This document shows, piece after piece, positions 18,434 to 30,700 of a stretch of 64,000 nt of DNA. The stretch is from positions 6,272,001 through 6,336,000 of the forward strand of contig OZ245046.1 in NCBI GenBank assembly GCA_965224245.1, written 5' to 3'. A program made the position numbers and the translations under genes. Source of the stretch: Candidatus Eiseniibacteriota bacterium (GTDB lineage Bacteria > Eisenbacteria > RBG-16-71-46 > CAZAMP01). A model generated the notes under the pieces. The model saw only the letters and a program-made list of their open reading frames with translations. It made no database searches and had not been told where the DNA came from. Numbering within the stretch: the stretch's first letter is position 1; each line of letters opens with the position of its first letter.

Positions 18434-20644
18434 GTGCCTCTACTTGGATGTCCGAAGCGCGCGGCTCGCCTCTCGAACTGGAAATCGACGATCGCCGTCT
18501 TCGCGCTCGCGTCGACCGCTCCGGTCTCGACCCACGCGGATTGTCTGGACTACGGCGGCGACTACCCGCATCTCATCGACACCATTTGGTTCGGCTCTCA
18601 GCTGACGGCGTTCCACGTGACGGAAGACGGATTGGCCTACGTGGGCTCGCGCTGGGAAGGCAACGGCTTCGTGTCGGTGTACGACCTCACGTCTCCGGAG
18701 GCACCGGCCTCGATCGGGTCGGTCTCCATCGCCGGTCCGCCATCCGAGATCGATGTGACCGGCGCACTCATGTGCGTCGTGAGCGATGGGGGGCTCGAGG
18801 TATTCGACGTCACGAATCCGGCCACGCCCGTCCTCCTCGGCTCGGAGACCTCGATGCTCGCCGCGAGCGGTGTTTCCGTCGAGGGATCGATCGCGTACGT
18901 ATCGGATCGCGACAGCGGCCTCCACGTCGTCGACCTCACTGATCCGAGCGCGCCCGCTCACCTCGGGAGCGTGGCGATGCCGTCGGAGGCGTATCACGTC
19001 GACGGGTCCGGCGACTACGCGTTCGTTGCCGATCGTCTCGGCGGTCTCGTCGTCGTGGACGCCTCGGACGGAACCAGCCCGGTCGTCATCGGCAACGTGC
19101 CCACGCCCGACGAGTGCTGGGGTGTGCTCGTGGCGGACGACATCGCCTACGTGAGCGCTGCCGTGGCCGGCGTGCAGATCGTCGACGTGTCGACGCCATC
19201 CGCTCCCGCGCTGCTCACGACCGTGGACACGCAGGGAAGGCCGCGGCGCTTTCAGCTCGACGGCACGGACCTGTACGTGTGTGACCGCTGGTTCGGCCTC
19301 ACCGTCCTCGACGTGTCGGATCCGGCCGCCGCGGACGTCAGCGCCGCGATCGCCGGCCCCGGGTGGTTCATGGACGTGGGGGTCTGGAGCGGAGTCGGCT
19401 ACTTGACGTACGCCGAGTATGACGGAGCGCTCTTCCTCTATGACGTGGCCAGCCCAGTGAGCCCCGAAGTCGTGGGCACGCTCGACACTCCGGGCAGCAC
19501 CCGCGGCGTCGCGATTGCCGGGGACCTCGCGTACATCGGAGACGGGAACGGGGGGCTCTTCTCGGTCGACATCTCCGATCCGACGACGCCCGTCTTCGAG
19601 GGATCGCTGAGTCTTCCCTATGCGCGCCAGGTGGCTCTCCACGGGAACGTGGCGTATGTGGGCGATCTGGATGCGGTTCACGTCGTCGACATCTCCGACC
19701 CGTCCGCACTCGTGCTCGTGACCAGCGTCGCGACGCCGGACTTCGTATGGGGTATGGCGGTCCACGAGACGTCCCTTCTGGTCGCGGCGGACGAAGCCGG
19801 TCTTCTGATCTTCGACATCTCCGACCCGCACGACCCCACGCTGGTCAGAGCCGTGGCCACGACGCTGTACTCCTGGGACGTCGCCGTGAACGGCGACTAC
19901 GCCTACGTGGCGGGCCGATACCTGGCCGTCGTCGACATCTCGACACCCTCGAGCGCGTTTCTCGTCACCGAAACGACTCCCACGATCGGCGAGGGGATCG
20001 CGATCTCCGGTGATCGCGCGTACGTGTCCGGATCGTCGCGGCTACATGTGGTCGACATCTCCAGTCCCGCGAGTCCGACGTGGCTCGGAAGTCTCACGAC
20101 CCAGTCCGTCGAGGACGTGGTGGTGATGGACGAGTACGCCTTCGTGACGACGAACGGCTCGGGGGTGCAGGTCGTGAACGTGGCCGATCCGTTCAACCTC
20201 GAGCTCGTGGCGAACATCGGGACGACCGGCGAGCTGGTCGGGATCGCGGTGGCGGGTGAACACCTCGCGGTCGCCAACGGAGTCAACGGTCTCCGCATCC
20301 TCCCCGGACACTGTGGCGCGGTGGTTTCGGTGCCGGAGGGTGTGACGGCCACCGTGCTCGACCCGCTGCGAATCCGGCCCAACCCGGGTCGGAGCTCGTT
20401 CACGTTGACGTTCGAGCAGAATCAGCGGGCACGCACGGTGGTCACCGTTCACGACGCCGCCGGACGACTCGTGCGCGAGCTCTTCGATGCGGAGCTCACG
20501 GCCGGCACGCACACGATGTCCTGGGATGGCCGGAACGACGCGGAACGAGTCGCGGCGCCGGGCGTCTACTTCGTCCAGGTCGAAAGCGTCGCGGGACCGT
20601 CGGGCGTCGAGAGCCACCGGCAACGTGTCGTTCTCGTCCCGTGA
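18434..20644 (+). CDS. LVIVD-repeat beta-propeller protein with CTD
   Basis: GTG follows AGGAGG. Many AYV...GLxVVD[IV]SDPxxP repeats; CTD RPNPG...HDAAGRLVR...WDG...PGVYF. Confidence 0.88.
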   Translation: MPLLGCPKRAARLSNWKSTIAVFALASTAPVSTHADCLDYGGDYPHLIDTIWFGSQLTAFHVTEDGLAYVGSRWEGNGFVSVYDLTSPEAPASIGSVSIAGPPSEIDVTGALMCVVSDGGLEVFDVTNPATPVLLGSETSMLAASGVSVEGSIAYVSDRDSGLHVVDLTDPSAPAHLGSVAMPSEAYHVDGSGDYAFVADRLGGLVVVDASDGTSPVVIGNVPTPDECWGVLVADDIAYVSAAVAGVQIVDVSTPSAPALLTTVDTQGRPRRFQLDGTDLYVCDRWFGLTVLDVSDPAAADVSAAIAGPGWFMDVGVWSGVGYLTYAEYDGALFLYDVASPVSPEVVGTLDTPGSTRGVAIAGDLAYIGDGNGGLFSVDISDPTTPVFEGSLSLPYARQVALHGNVAYVGDLDAVHVVDISDPSALVLVTSVATPDFVWGMAVHETSLLVAADEAGLLIFDISDPHDPTLVRAVATTLYSWDVAVNGDYAYVAGRYLAVVDISTPSSAFLVTETTPTIGEGIAISGDRAYVSGSSRLHVVDISSPASPTWLGSLTTQSVEDVVVMDEYAFVTTNGSGVQVVNVADPFNLELVANIGTTGELVGIAVAGEHLAVANGVNGLRILPGHCGAVVSVPEGVTATVLDPLRIRPNPGRSSFTLTFEQNQRARTVVTVHDAAGRLVRELFDAELTAGTHTMSWDGRNDAERVAAPGVYFVQVESVAGPSGVESHRQRVVLVP

Positions 20645-20776
20645 CCAGGAAACCGTCCAAGCCAGCGTGCCGCCGCAGGCCACGGGGAGCGCCCCGATCA
20701 GCCCGCAGGGGTTCTCCGGTCCGCACGGGGTCGCGGCGTCGAGTGTGAGCTCGAAGTTGACCGGGTCGCAAAGCAG
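20645..20776 (-). pseudogene. Relic 3' end of a beta-helix protein of the SWG-tail type
   Basis: Reads LLCDPVNFELTLDAATPCGPENPCGLIGALPVACGGTLAWTVSW, matching the C-termini of the CDSs at 37782 and 42526. Confidence 0.65.
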
Positions 20777-20857
20777 CTCGATCCCGGTGTCTGGTTCCTG
20801 CGACTGCGCACGACGACGGGGGTGAGCGGAACGCTGAGGCTCGTCAGGGTGCAGTAG
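20774..20857 (+). pseudogene. Relic C-terminal end of a CTD
   Basis: Reads QLDPGVWFLRLRTTTGVSGTLRLVRVQ*, like the PGVYFxRL...KLVxV ends of neighbouring CTDs; no start codon. Confidence 0.55.
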
Positions 20858-21123
20858 ACGACCTCTTGATGGCACCCACCGCGGACATGAGGACCCTCCC
20901 CCGTGCACGGGTCTGGAGACTCGTGTGCGAGGGCGTTGCTTCGCCCGACGGCAGGGCATGCTGCGTCTCGACCGCGGGAGACGCTCCGGCCTGAGAGGCC
21001 GGGATTCTGATGCATTTTCCTGTGATTCTCGCTTCCCCCGGGCGCCTCCCCAGGTGAGACGCGGTCCACCGGACGGGGACCTCGTACGTTCAACCGGGCG
21101 TATCGCCTCGCCAGGGGGGCATC

Positions 21124-24078
21124 ATGCATTCCAAGTCAGCATCGGTGGTTTTTCTGCTGGTTACCGGGCTCCTCACGGCCGCCACGGCGGGGGCCGAATC
21201 CCCGCCCCACTACTGGAGCCAGTCCTTCGGCGCCTCCGGCTATGACCACGGCCGGGGCTGCGCCGTGGATGGAGCCGGCAACTCGATCGTCGTGGGGTGG
21301 TTCACCGACCTGGTGTACTTCGACTCCGGCCCGGTTCTGAGTCAGGGCCCGCAGGATGCATTCATCGCGAAGTACGACCTCTCTGGAAACCACCTCTGGA
21401 CCAGGTCCTTCGGCGGTGACGGACCCGCGTCCGCCCTGGCCGTGGATGTCGACGAGGCAAACAACATCTACGTCACCGGTTCGTACGAGGGAACGATCGA
21501 TTTCGGCTCCGGCCCCGTCACGAGCGCCGGCGACACGGACATCTTCCTAGTCAAGCTGGACGCCGGCGGAAGCCACCTCTGGAGCCAGAGCTACGGAGAT
21601 CCCGACCACGACGTCGCCGAGGCGATCGCGGTGGACAGCTCAACCGGGTACATCTTCCTCACGGGCAGCTTCCGCGCCCGACTCGACCTCGGAGGCGGAG
21701 ATCTGACCAGCAGCGGGGACGATGACATCTTCCTGGCCCAGTTCAAGACGGCCTACGGCACTCACACCTGGAGTCGGAGCTTCGGGGCCGGCGGACTCGA
21801 TTCGGGGCAGGGCCTGTCCGTGGACTCGGCGGGCCACGTCGTCGTGACCGGGACCTGCAAGGGCCCGATCGATCTCGGCGGAGGTCCGCTGAGTGGCCCC
21901 GGGGGCAGTGACATCTTCATGGCCGAGTACGACGTGTCCGGCGCCCACGAGTGGAGTCGGTTGCTCGGGGGACCGGAGGAGGACCGGGGGCTCGACGTCG
22001 AGGTCGATGACTCCGACGACATCCTGCTGACCGGGTACTTCGTCGACGTCGCCCATCTCGGTGGTGGGAGCCTGACCAGCAATGGCCTCGAGGATGTCTT
22101 CCTGGCCCGTTACGACTCCGGTGGCGGTCACATCTGGTCTCGGAGCTTTGGAGGCCCGGGCGAGGATCGGGGAACCGCCCTGGTCTCGAACGCGATGCAG
22201 GAAGTCTTCCTCACGGGCTCGTACCACGACCAGGTCGACTTTGGTGGCGGCGCGCTGGAATCGAACGGGAGCTCGGACATCTTCCTGGCCAAGTTCAAGG
22301 CAACTGGAAGCCACCTCTGGAGTCAGCACTTCGGAAGCGATGACCCGGATTGCGGATCAGCGATTGCGGCCGATGCGGCGTCCAATGTGATCCTGTCCGG
22401 CTTTCTCCAGGGACTCGTCTGGCTCGGGGGCGATGGTGTCCACGGTGACTACAACAGCCCCGACGCGTTCGCGTCCGGCTACGACACGAACGGGACCCAA
22501 ATCTGGGGGGATGCCTTTGGAGGTCGAGGTTTCGACACCGTGCGGGATCTCGCGATCGACGGATCCGGGAACGTGATCATCGTCGGCGCCAAGCATGGCA
22601 GCGTCGACTTCGGAGGCGGCCCGCTCGGATTCGCGGGCAACGACGACATCTTCGTCGCCAAGTTCGATCCGGCGGGCGTCCATCTGTGGAGCAAGGGTAT
22701 CGGAACCCTCGGAAACGAGACCGCCATTCGCGTCACCGTCGACACCGTGGGCGACATCTACGTCGCCGGGGAGTTCGGCCTGGACATCGACTTCGGGGGC
22801 GGGCTCGTGTCCGGCTCGGGCGACGTCGACGTGTTCCTCGTCAAGTACGATTCGGGCGGCGTCCACCTGTGGTCGAAGGGACTCGGCGGCGCTCTCGCAG
22901 ACCAGCTGGGCGGCATCGGTGTCGACGACGCCGGAGACGTCATCATCGCCGGCGGGTTTCAGGCCTCCGTCGACTTCGGGGGCGGGATCCTGACCAGTGC
23001 CGGAAGCCTCGATGTCTTCGTGGCCAAGTACGATTCGGACGGCGCACACCTCTGGAGCCAGCAATACGGAGACTGGAACGTCGACTACGCGACCGCACTG
23101 GGTCTGGACGTCGACAAGATCCTCGTCGGCGGTCATTTCGCGGACTCCATCGACTTCGGCGGAGGCGTCATCACGGTTGATCCCACCGCGGACTTCCTGG
23201 TGAAGTTCAGCTCGGCCGGATCCCACGTGTGGAACCGGGTGTTCGAAGGTGGCTCGACCTTCATCCATGATGTGGTGGGCGGACCGACCGGGAACCTCAC
23301 CATGACCGGAAGCTTCTGGAACTGGGTCGATCTCGGCGGCGGGGTTCTCACCGCCACCGGGAATCAGGACGCCTTCATCGGCCACTTCGACAACGGCGGC
23401 GACCACATCTGGTCCGCAGCGTTCGGGGGCCCGGAACCCGACGGTGGAAGCGAGGTGTGTCCCATCCCCGGTGGAGGGTTCCTGGCCACGGGCTACTTCG
23501 AGGGTGCCGTCGACTTCGGTGGAGGTACGATGGTCAGCAACGGAGAGCGCGACGCGTACCTCGCCGAGTTCAGCGCCAGCGGTGTCCATCTCTGGAGCCA
23601 GCAATACGGCGGCGCGGGCCGGGCCGGAGGCTCCGCACTGGGGATCGATTCCGGTGGTGAGGTCCTGTTTGGCGGGGTCTTCGACGACATCATCGACCTC
23701 GGTGGGGCACCGCTCTCGACCGGGACGGACATCGACTTCTTTCTCGCCAGGTTCGGACCCTCCGTCGTCGACGTCGAGTCGTCTCCTGGGGTCGATCTCC
23801 CCGGGCTGGTCCTCTCATCGGGTTCTCCGAATCCGTTTCGACGTCGGACGGAAGTTGCATTCGACTTGCCCCTGGCTTCGCGCGTCTCCCTGGGGATCTA
23901 TGACGTCTCGGGACGTCTCCGGCGGACCCTCGTGGATGGAAGGCTGACCGCCGGCATGCACGTGGTCGCCTGGGATGGACAGGAGTCTTCGGGACATGCC
24001 GCACCCCCGGGAATCTACTTTGCTCGCGTCTCCGTGGCCGGGCAAGCTCGGAGCACCAAGTTGATCCGGGTGGAGTGA
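21124..24078 (+). CDS. Beta-propeller repeat protein (SBBP-like, about 14 HLWSxxFG repeats) with CTD
   Basis: Signal peptide; repeats DIFxAKYDxxGxHLWSxxFG...D...AVDxxG...VTG; CTD SPNPF...IYDVSGRLRR...WDG...PGIYF. Confidence 0.88.
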   Translation: MHSKSASVVFLLVTGLLTAATAGAESPPHYWSQSFGASGYDHGRGCAVDGAGNSIVVGWFTDLVYFDSGPVLSQGPQDAFIAKYDLSGNHLWTRSFGGDGPASALAVDVDEANNIYVTGSYEGTIDFGSGPVTSAGDTDIFLVKLDAGGSHLWSQSYGDPDHDVAEAIAVDSSTGYIFLTGSFRARLDLGGGDLTSSGDDDIFLAQFKTAYGTHTWSRSFGAGGLDSGQGLSVDSAGHVVVTGTCKGPIDLGGGPLSGPGGSDIFMAEYDVSGAHEWSRLLGGPEEDRGLDVEVDDSDDILLTGYFVDVAHLGGGSLTSNGLEDVFLARYDSGGGHIWSRSFGGPGEDRGTALVSNAMQEVFLTGSYHDQVDFGGGALESNGSSDIFLAKFKATGSHLWSQHFGSDDPDCGSAIAADAASNVILSGFLQGLVWLGGDGVHGDYNSPDAFASGYDTNGTQIWGDAFGGRGFDTVRDLAIDGSGNVIIVGAKHGSVDFGGGPLGFAGNDDIFVAKFDPAGVHLWSKGIGTLGNETAIRVTVDTVGDIYVAGEFGLDIDFGGGLVSGSGDVDVFLVKYDSGGVHLWSKGLGGALADQLGGIGVDDAGDVIIAGGFQASVDFGGGILTSAGSLDVFVAKYDSDGAHLWSQQYGDWNVDYATALGLDVDKILVGGHFADSIDFGGGVITVDPTADFLVKFSSAGSHVWNRVFEGGSTFIHDVVGGPTGNLTMTGSFWNWVDLGGGVLTATGNQDAFIGHFDNGGDHIWSAAFGGPEPDGGSEVCPIPGGGFLATGYFEGAVDFGGGTMVSNGERDAYLAEFSASGVHLWSQQYGGAGRAGGSALGIDSGGEVLFGGVFDDIIDLGGAPLSTGTDIDFFLARFGPSVVDVESSPGVDLPGLVLSSGSPNPFRRRTEVAFDLPLASRVSLGIYDVSGRLRRTLVDGRLTAGMHVVAWDGQESSGHAAPPGIYFARVSVAGQARSTKLIRVE

Positions 24079-24084
24079 ACCGGG

Positions 24085-24110
24085 CGGGCGTCCTCTCACG
24101 ACGACGCCCG
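24085..24110. terminator. Hairpin between the CDS ending at 24078 and a convergent relic
   Basis: CGGGCGTC-N10-GACGCCCG inverted repeat. Confidence 0.35.
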
Positions 24111-24122
24111 CACCGGGAGCGG

Positions 24123-24293
24123 TCACTTCACGAGTGTCAGTGGACGTGACTGGACGACGTCCCCCGCCTTGAGCCGGCAGATGTACATTCCACTCGGCGC
24201 CGAGTCGGCGAGCCACTCGACGTCGTGCACACCGGCGGCCATCACATGGTCAGCCAGAACCGTGACGCGTGCACCTCGCAGATCGAAGATCTC
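24123..24293 (-). pseudogene. Orphan C-terminal two-thirds of a CTD
   Basis: Reads EIFDLRGARVTVLADHVMAAGVHDVEWLADSAPSGMYICRLKAGDVVQSRPLTLVK*; similarity stops abruptly at 24293. Confidence 0.75.
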
Positions 24294-24541
24294 GCGTTTC
24301 TGGCCGACACACTGGTGGCACTGGGTGACTACGATGACACGGCAGATTCTCGAAGCTCGCCCACGACCAAGCGCTGGCGGGCAGCGCCCTCAGCAACTTC
24401 GAGGCGGCGATCGCCTCGTGCCGCAACGTGCTGAGCCCTGCCGTGTTCTCGACAGAGTGGGAGCGCGGCCGCTCGATGTCGGTCGATGAGGCGGTCGCGC
24501 TCGCGCTGCAGCCCGATGAAGGATCGGCAGAGCCACCTTGA
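24294..24541 (+). pseudogene. Frameshifted relic 3' end of an ATPase/TPR (AfsR/NB-ARC-like) regulator
   Basis: AFLADTLVALGDYDDTA, then in a shifted frame ...NFEAAIASCRNVLSPAVFSTEWERGRSMSVDEAVALAL...*, resembling the FxxAWxxGRAMSxDEAVAxAL tail of that family. Confidence 0.55.
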
Positions 24542-24796
24542 GCCCGTAGGGCCAAGACCCGGCCGGGCCACAACCCGTCTCCTTGCTCGAGGTTCGGTGG
24601 TCGCCGACGATCGATCTCTCCCTTCGTTGAGAAGGAGCGGGCGCTCCACGACATGCCATTTCAGTGGCATCACACCATCGATTTGGCGTATCCTGAATGT
24701 CTGGTCGTTTGATCATTACGCGCACGAGTCGCTCCGTCCTACAGGAGGAGAAGACAGCCCCACGATCGACGCTCCTCGCGACGGGAGGGTCAGAAC

Positions 24797-27700
24797 ATGT
24801 GTCGCGTTTCGCCAGCACAGTGGGCCGCACTCGGCTTCACGACGTTTGCCGCGATCTCCGCGGTGGCCGCGCCCTCTGGTACGAAGGGTCCGTCAAACGC
24901 CCTCGCCGCGCTGTACCAGCCCCGCCTCACCGAGAACCGTGGCCAGATCGCACGCCGGGATGTCCTGTTCACGTGTCGATGGTCGAACATGGCCATCGCA
25001 TTCGAACCCGGTGGTATGACCATTCGCATGCGTGGCCGCCCGGACGGCGAGGAACGGGCTGTCGGCCGGGGGCAGGACGTGCACGTTCGATTCGACGGCG
25101 CGAGGTCGGCGGTTCCCATTGGCCGCGGAGAGCGCCCAGGCCGCGCACACTATTTCCATGGTAGCCGCGGTTTGTGGACGAACGTGCGGAGTTTCGACGA
25201 GCTGATTTACGAGGATCTCTACCAGGGGATCGATCTCGTCTGCCGGCCGTCAGCGAACGGCGTGAAGTACGCATTCCACCTCGATCCGGGCGCGGATCCG
25301 ACGCGCATCGAGATTCGCTACGACGGCATCATCGGATTGCGGCTCGACGACGACGAGCTGGTCCTGCAAACTCCCCTCGGAACGATTCGAGATGCCGCTC
25401 CGGTGGCGTTCCAGACAGGCGATACCCTCTCCTGTCGCTATGTTCTGCTCGACTCGAACACCTGCGGGTTCATACTGGATGCGTGGGATCGAACGCAGCC
25501 TCTGGTAATCGACCCACTGCTGCATGCCACGTACCTCGGGGGTGGCAACAGCGACGTCGCGAACGCCGTCGCGGTCGACGATGAGGGTTTCGCGTACGTC
25601 GTCGGCACGACCGGATCCGTGGACTTTCCGGCCACGCCTGGTGCGTTCGACGAGACGATCGACTCCGGCGATGCCTTCGTCGCCAAGCTGACGCCCGAGC
25701 TCGACGACGTCGTCTACGTCACGTACCTCGGCGGTACGGCAGACGAGCAAGGCGTGGGTGTGGACGTGGACGATGTCGGCCACGCCTACGTTGCAGGGCG
25801 TACGTACGGGACCGACTTTCCGACCACCATGGGCGCCTATCAGACCAGCGGTCCGCAGTTCGGCTTCGTCACGAAGCTCTCACCGGATGGCTCGAGCCTG
25901 AGCTACTCCACGCTCTTCGGCACGACCGGTGGGGGGGAGATCACCGACCTGACCGTCGTCGACGGCCGCGCATGCATCACCGGTCACGCGTTCTCAGGGG
26001 TCCCCCTCGTGCCGGTCGGTCGCGATGAGGGAGTCCACGCCGGGGGCGAGGACGCCTTCGTGGCGGAGCTCGAAGCCGACGGCTCGGCAGTTCGGTTCTC
26101 CCGCTATCTCGGTGGCACCGATCGCGACGAGGCGTTCGCGATCACGGCGGACGACGGGGGTAACTACCACGTTGCCGCTGCAACACAATCGGATGACTTC
26201 CCGGCGACGGAGGCTCACATATCGGGCTTCCAGGAGCGGTTCGAGAGCGGCTACGAACTCGGGGAAGGCTGGGCGCACGACTACTCGACCAATGGAGAGG
26301 ATCAGGGATGGGCATGCGGAGGCGCGATCAGCTGGGGCGCGGGAGTCACGGCAGAGTCCCCTCTGGAAGGGGCTTTCAGTCTGGAGATCGGTGCGTCTGC
26401 GGCTGAACCTTGCGAACTCGAGGCAGTCGGATCGGTGAATCGCACGATCGTCGGCTCGACCGATCTCTCGCTTCGGATCGAGCTTCTCAGCCTTCCCTGC
26501 AGCGAGGGTGACGGGGCCTGCTACGTCGAAATCGCATTGCTCGATCCGGCCAACCCGACGCACCGCGTCGCGCGCGGCTTCGCCCACGAATGTGATGGGG
26601 GAGCGGTGCCGGTGCCGAACGTAACGTACGTTGGTCCGGGCGATCCCACGATGTACGACGTACACATACCATATGCCGAGGAGTTCGAGGCTCAGTGGGG
26701 CGCGGCTCCCGATGAGGTCATCTTTCGCATTCGCACCGTTGCGAGCTGGTTGGAGTACCCGTGGCCGATGCTCGTCCATGTTCGCGTTGACGAGATCGAC
26801 GCGCATAGGACGCTCGCCGGCTACCGCGGCGCGCGCCAGGCGATCTACGCGGAGCTGTCCGGGACGGCTCCACCCGGTGGCGAGATCGGTGATCTAGTCG
26901 GAGCGGTAGCGATTCCGTCCGAGGGCGGGTCTGAAGCACACGACGTCGCCGTCGATCCGGTGCGCGGCGCGTTCGTCGCCGGTAACTGTGGCGGTCGCAT
27001 CATCACCACCGACGGCGCCTACTCCTCGGTTCATTCCGGTAACGAGGACGGCTTCGTCACCGGTCTCGTCTCGGCGACCGGAGAGGTTCTGTACTCATCG
27101 TTGCTCGGCGGCGAGATGAAAGATCGGATCGAGGCGTTGACGTTCGACGCGGACGGGGTTCTCGTGCTCGCCGGTCAATCACGCTCCTACGTTCCCTTCG
27201 GATCGGCCGGCACGTTCGATGCCTTCGTCGTGAGAATGGATCCGGCGGGGAACGGCGCGACCGATCTTCTCTCGATCGATACGCTATCCGGGTCCAGTGA
27301 CGACGGAGTCACCGATCTCGCCACGTACACCGACGCAGAGCTGGGAGAGCTGATCTACGGGTGCGGGGCCACGATGTCGTCCGATCTCACCCTTCCTCCG
27401 GGTGGATTCGATGAGACCCCGAACGGATACGACGATGCGTTCGTGGGGATCTTCTCGTCCTGCACCGCGGGTAGCGATACGACGCCCCCGGTGTTCGAGG
27501 CGCCGCCCGACGAGACCCTCTCGGCGAGCGCGACCTGCCTGACCCAGTATACGAACGATGGGTCCGAGCTCCCGGCGCTCGATGACTGCACGCTTCGAGC
27601 GGACATCGTGATCGCGCGATCACCCGACGTCGATCACCTGTTCCCGCTCGGAAGCCATACCCTCACATGGACGGCAACCGATCTGGCCGGCAACTCGACG

Positions 27701-30700
27701 GTGGACACGCAGCAGCTCACGATCGTGGACGACTCGAAGCCCACGCTGTCTTGCCCCGCGGCCATCTACGTCGACGTCGGCGACGTGGTGGCATCACCTG
27801 GTATCGCGACGGCAACCGACAACTGCGACGGATCGGGAAGCTCGGACGATCCCGGGTCACCGATCGCGTTCTCGAACGACTTCCCGCCCGGTGGCATCTC
27901 CGATGCCGGGCTTCACATCATCACCTGGCAGGCGACCGACACCGCCGGCAACACGGCGACGTGCCAGCAGCAGATCGGCGTACGGGCACCACCACAGCTG
28001 ATGATCGTGGCCAACCCGGACGAGCGGTGGAACGATCCATACGAGATCGCGCTGATGATCACCAATCCTTCGACGAACTGGTTTGCGCTCACGGGCGCGA
28101 CGTTCACGATCACCGAGAACGGCGTTCCCGCCTCCGTCGATCCGCTTACGTTTTCCATCCCTGGCGGCGTGGCGGCCGGGCCTTTTTCGATGCGGTCGTA
28201 CAACAAGACCTGGGACTGGCATGGAAACTGCGTCTTGTCCTACGACGACGCCGATCTCACCGACAGGTTCACCTACCAGGTCTCCGGTGACGTGTCCTCC
28301 GGCTCCTACACGTTCCAGGACGTGTCCTCGGACGCGTATCCCGTTGACGTCACCGTCGACGACGAGAACAAGAACTACCACGCGATGGCAAGCGGTGCGT
28401 TCTGGATCGGGATCGGATTCAGCGCGGACGCGGTCGACTGGTTTTTTTGCAGCTACTGCGTCGGGTTCTGCGCTCCCTGCTATGCGGTTGGAGGCACCTT
28501 CCTCGCGATTCAGGCCGTGCGCCTCGGCCTCTGGGGTTACTACTGCGACAAGGCATCCGATCCTCCCGACGGTGCGGGTCGGATCGCCGGCGGATGGCTG
28601 CACCGATCGGATCCCGACTATACCGAACTGGTCGAGCTCGACTACCCGGACGTCGACATCCCCGAGTGGCACGACGATCTCTCCCGGGAGGGCGTCGAGC
28701 TCGTCCAGCACGAGCTCGACGTATACGCCGGAATGGAGGCGTACACGGGAACCCACGCGAAGCTCCTCGGCGCGATCGACGCGTCGGAGGCGGGGGATCC
28801 CGAAGCCGATGCGTACATCCTGATCCAGGGCGAGCGACTTCTGGCCTACGGCGACTTCGTCTCCGAGCACCTCGGCGTCCTCGGTGCCGACCGCGTGAGC
28901 CTCCAGGACGAGATGGACCTTGCCGGCGTCGAGTTCACGCTGGAGGAGGTGACCGACTTCCAGGCGGACGTCGCCGCCAACGGACTTCCCGAGGAAGAGC
29001 TGGCCGTGTTTGTGGCGCTGGGCTGGACCGCTGACGACATCGCGGATCTCGAAGCCCAGATCGTCGCGCTGGATCCACAGGGAGTGGTTGACGCTGCCCT
29101 CGTCGACCCGGATCTCGATGCCGCCGAGCAAGCGGTCGGTGATCAGCACGAGACCACGGCCGCCGAGACGATCCCGGATGCGGTCTTCGTCGTTTCCATC
29201 ACGAACCCGATCACCGACATCGAGCTCGCGCCCGGTCACGAGGTCTCGGTCAGCGCGGTGATGGTCGACAGCCTGGCGCCTCCCATCGTCGAGACACGCG
29301 TCTTTCTCGACGACGTGCTCGTCGCAACGGTGGTCCCGTTCGACTGGACGCCACTCCTCGCGGATGTCGGGGTACACGAGATCCGCGTCGAGGGGGAGGA
29401 CGCCGGGGGCAACATCGCGTTCGATACCGTCGGTATCACCGTCACGACGCACCCGCCCGTCGTGTTTGCCGGGCCGGACGAGTTCATTCCTCCGGGAACG
29501 ACGTTCGAACTCGATGCGGCGTTCAGCGACTCGGACTACCTGGAGACGCATACGGTCGAGATCGATTGGGGCGACGGCACGATCGAGACGCCACCGGTAT
29601 CCGAGGAGCACGATCCACCGATCGGGTCGGGATCGATCGTGGCCGGCCATGATTACCCGGGTGCGGCGGGAACCACGTACACCGTGACGGTCACGGTGAC
29701 CGACTCGGGCGGACTCCTGGGTGTCGACACGGCCGACGTGACGCTCGACGTCGACACCGACGCCGACGGCCTTCTCGACATGGTGGACAACTGTCCCGAG
29801 GATCCGAATCCGCTCCAAGAGGACTCGGACCGGATGGATGCGTTCGAGGACGACTTCGAGAGCGCGGACCTCGCCGGTTGGACCTTCGACCACGCGACCG
29901 ACGGGCAGCAGAGTGGGTCGTCCTGCGCGGGTTCCTGGATCGCCGAGGCAATCACGGACGTGCCGCTTCAGGGAACCGCGAGCGCGAGGCTCTCCGCCGA
30001 GGTCGTGACCGACTGCGGCGAGACCGTCCAGGCGGCCATCGACGCTCGCATCGACGGTGCAACGCGGTTGGCGTTCCATCTCGCGGTGGATCGCCTCGAT
30101 CCGAACACGTACCTGGAGGTCACGGCCACGAACGTCGCGACTCCGAGCGAGGAGGTCGTACACGTCTTCGCGACGTCGGATCTCGGGCTGGGCGATGTGA
30201 ACGTCGTCGTCATGGAGGGCGACGAGCTCGACTACGTCGCGGAGATCGGCGACGTGTTCGCCGCGAAGTACGGAGCGGTTCCCGATCTCGTCTCGGTCCG
30301 ATTCGTGGCGGCTGCGCTACCTCCCGGCTCGGCGCGCGCCGGCACGGGTCGCCTCTTGCCGGAGACGATCGACGTTCGCGTCGACGAGGTGTTTGCGCGG
30401 CGTCTGACGCTGGTCGACCGCTTCGAGGCCGGAGACTTCGACCCCGAGTGGGGCTTCGGCTACTCGACAAATGGCGCGCAGTCGGGCACGCACACCATCG
30501 GTTCGTGGAGCTCCACGGTCGAGCCCGGGGGAATCGAGGGCGCTTACAGCGCTCGTGTCTTCGCGCAGTCTACCCATAGCGCGTCGCCATGGTACCTGAC
30601 GGCTGCCATCGATCGCGTGGTCGACGGCATGAGCGCGCTCGACGTCCGGCTGCGATTCGACGACATCCAGGGCAGCGGCGGCACGGGTCGGTCGCATTTC

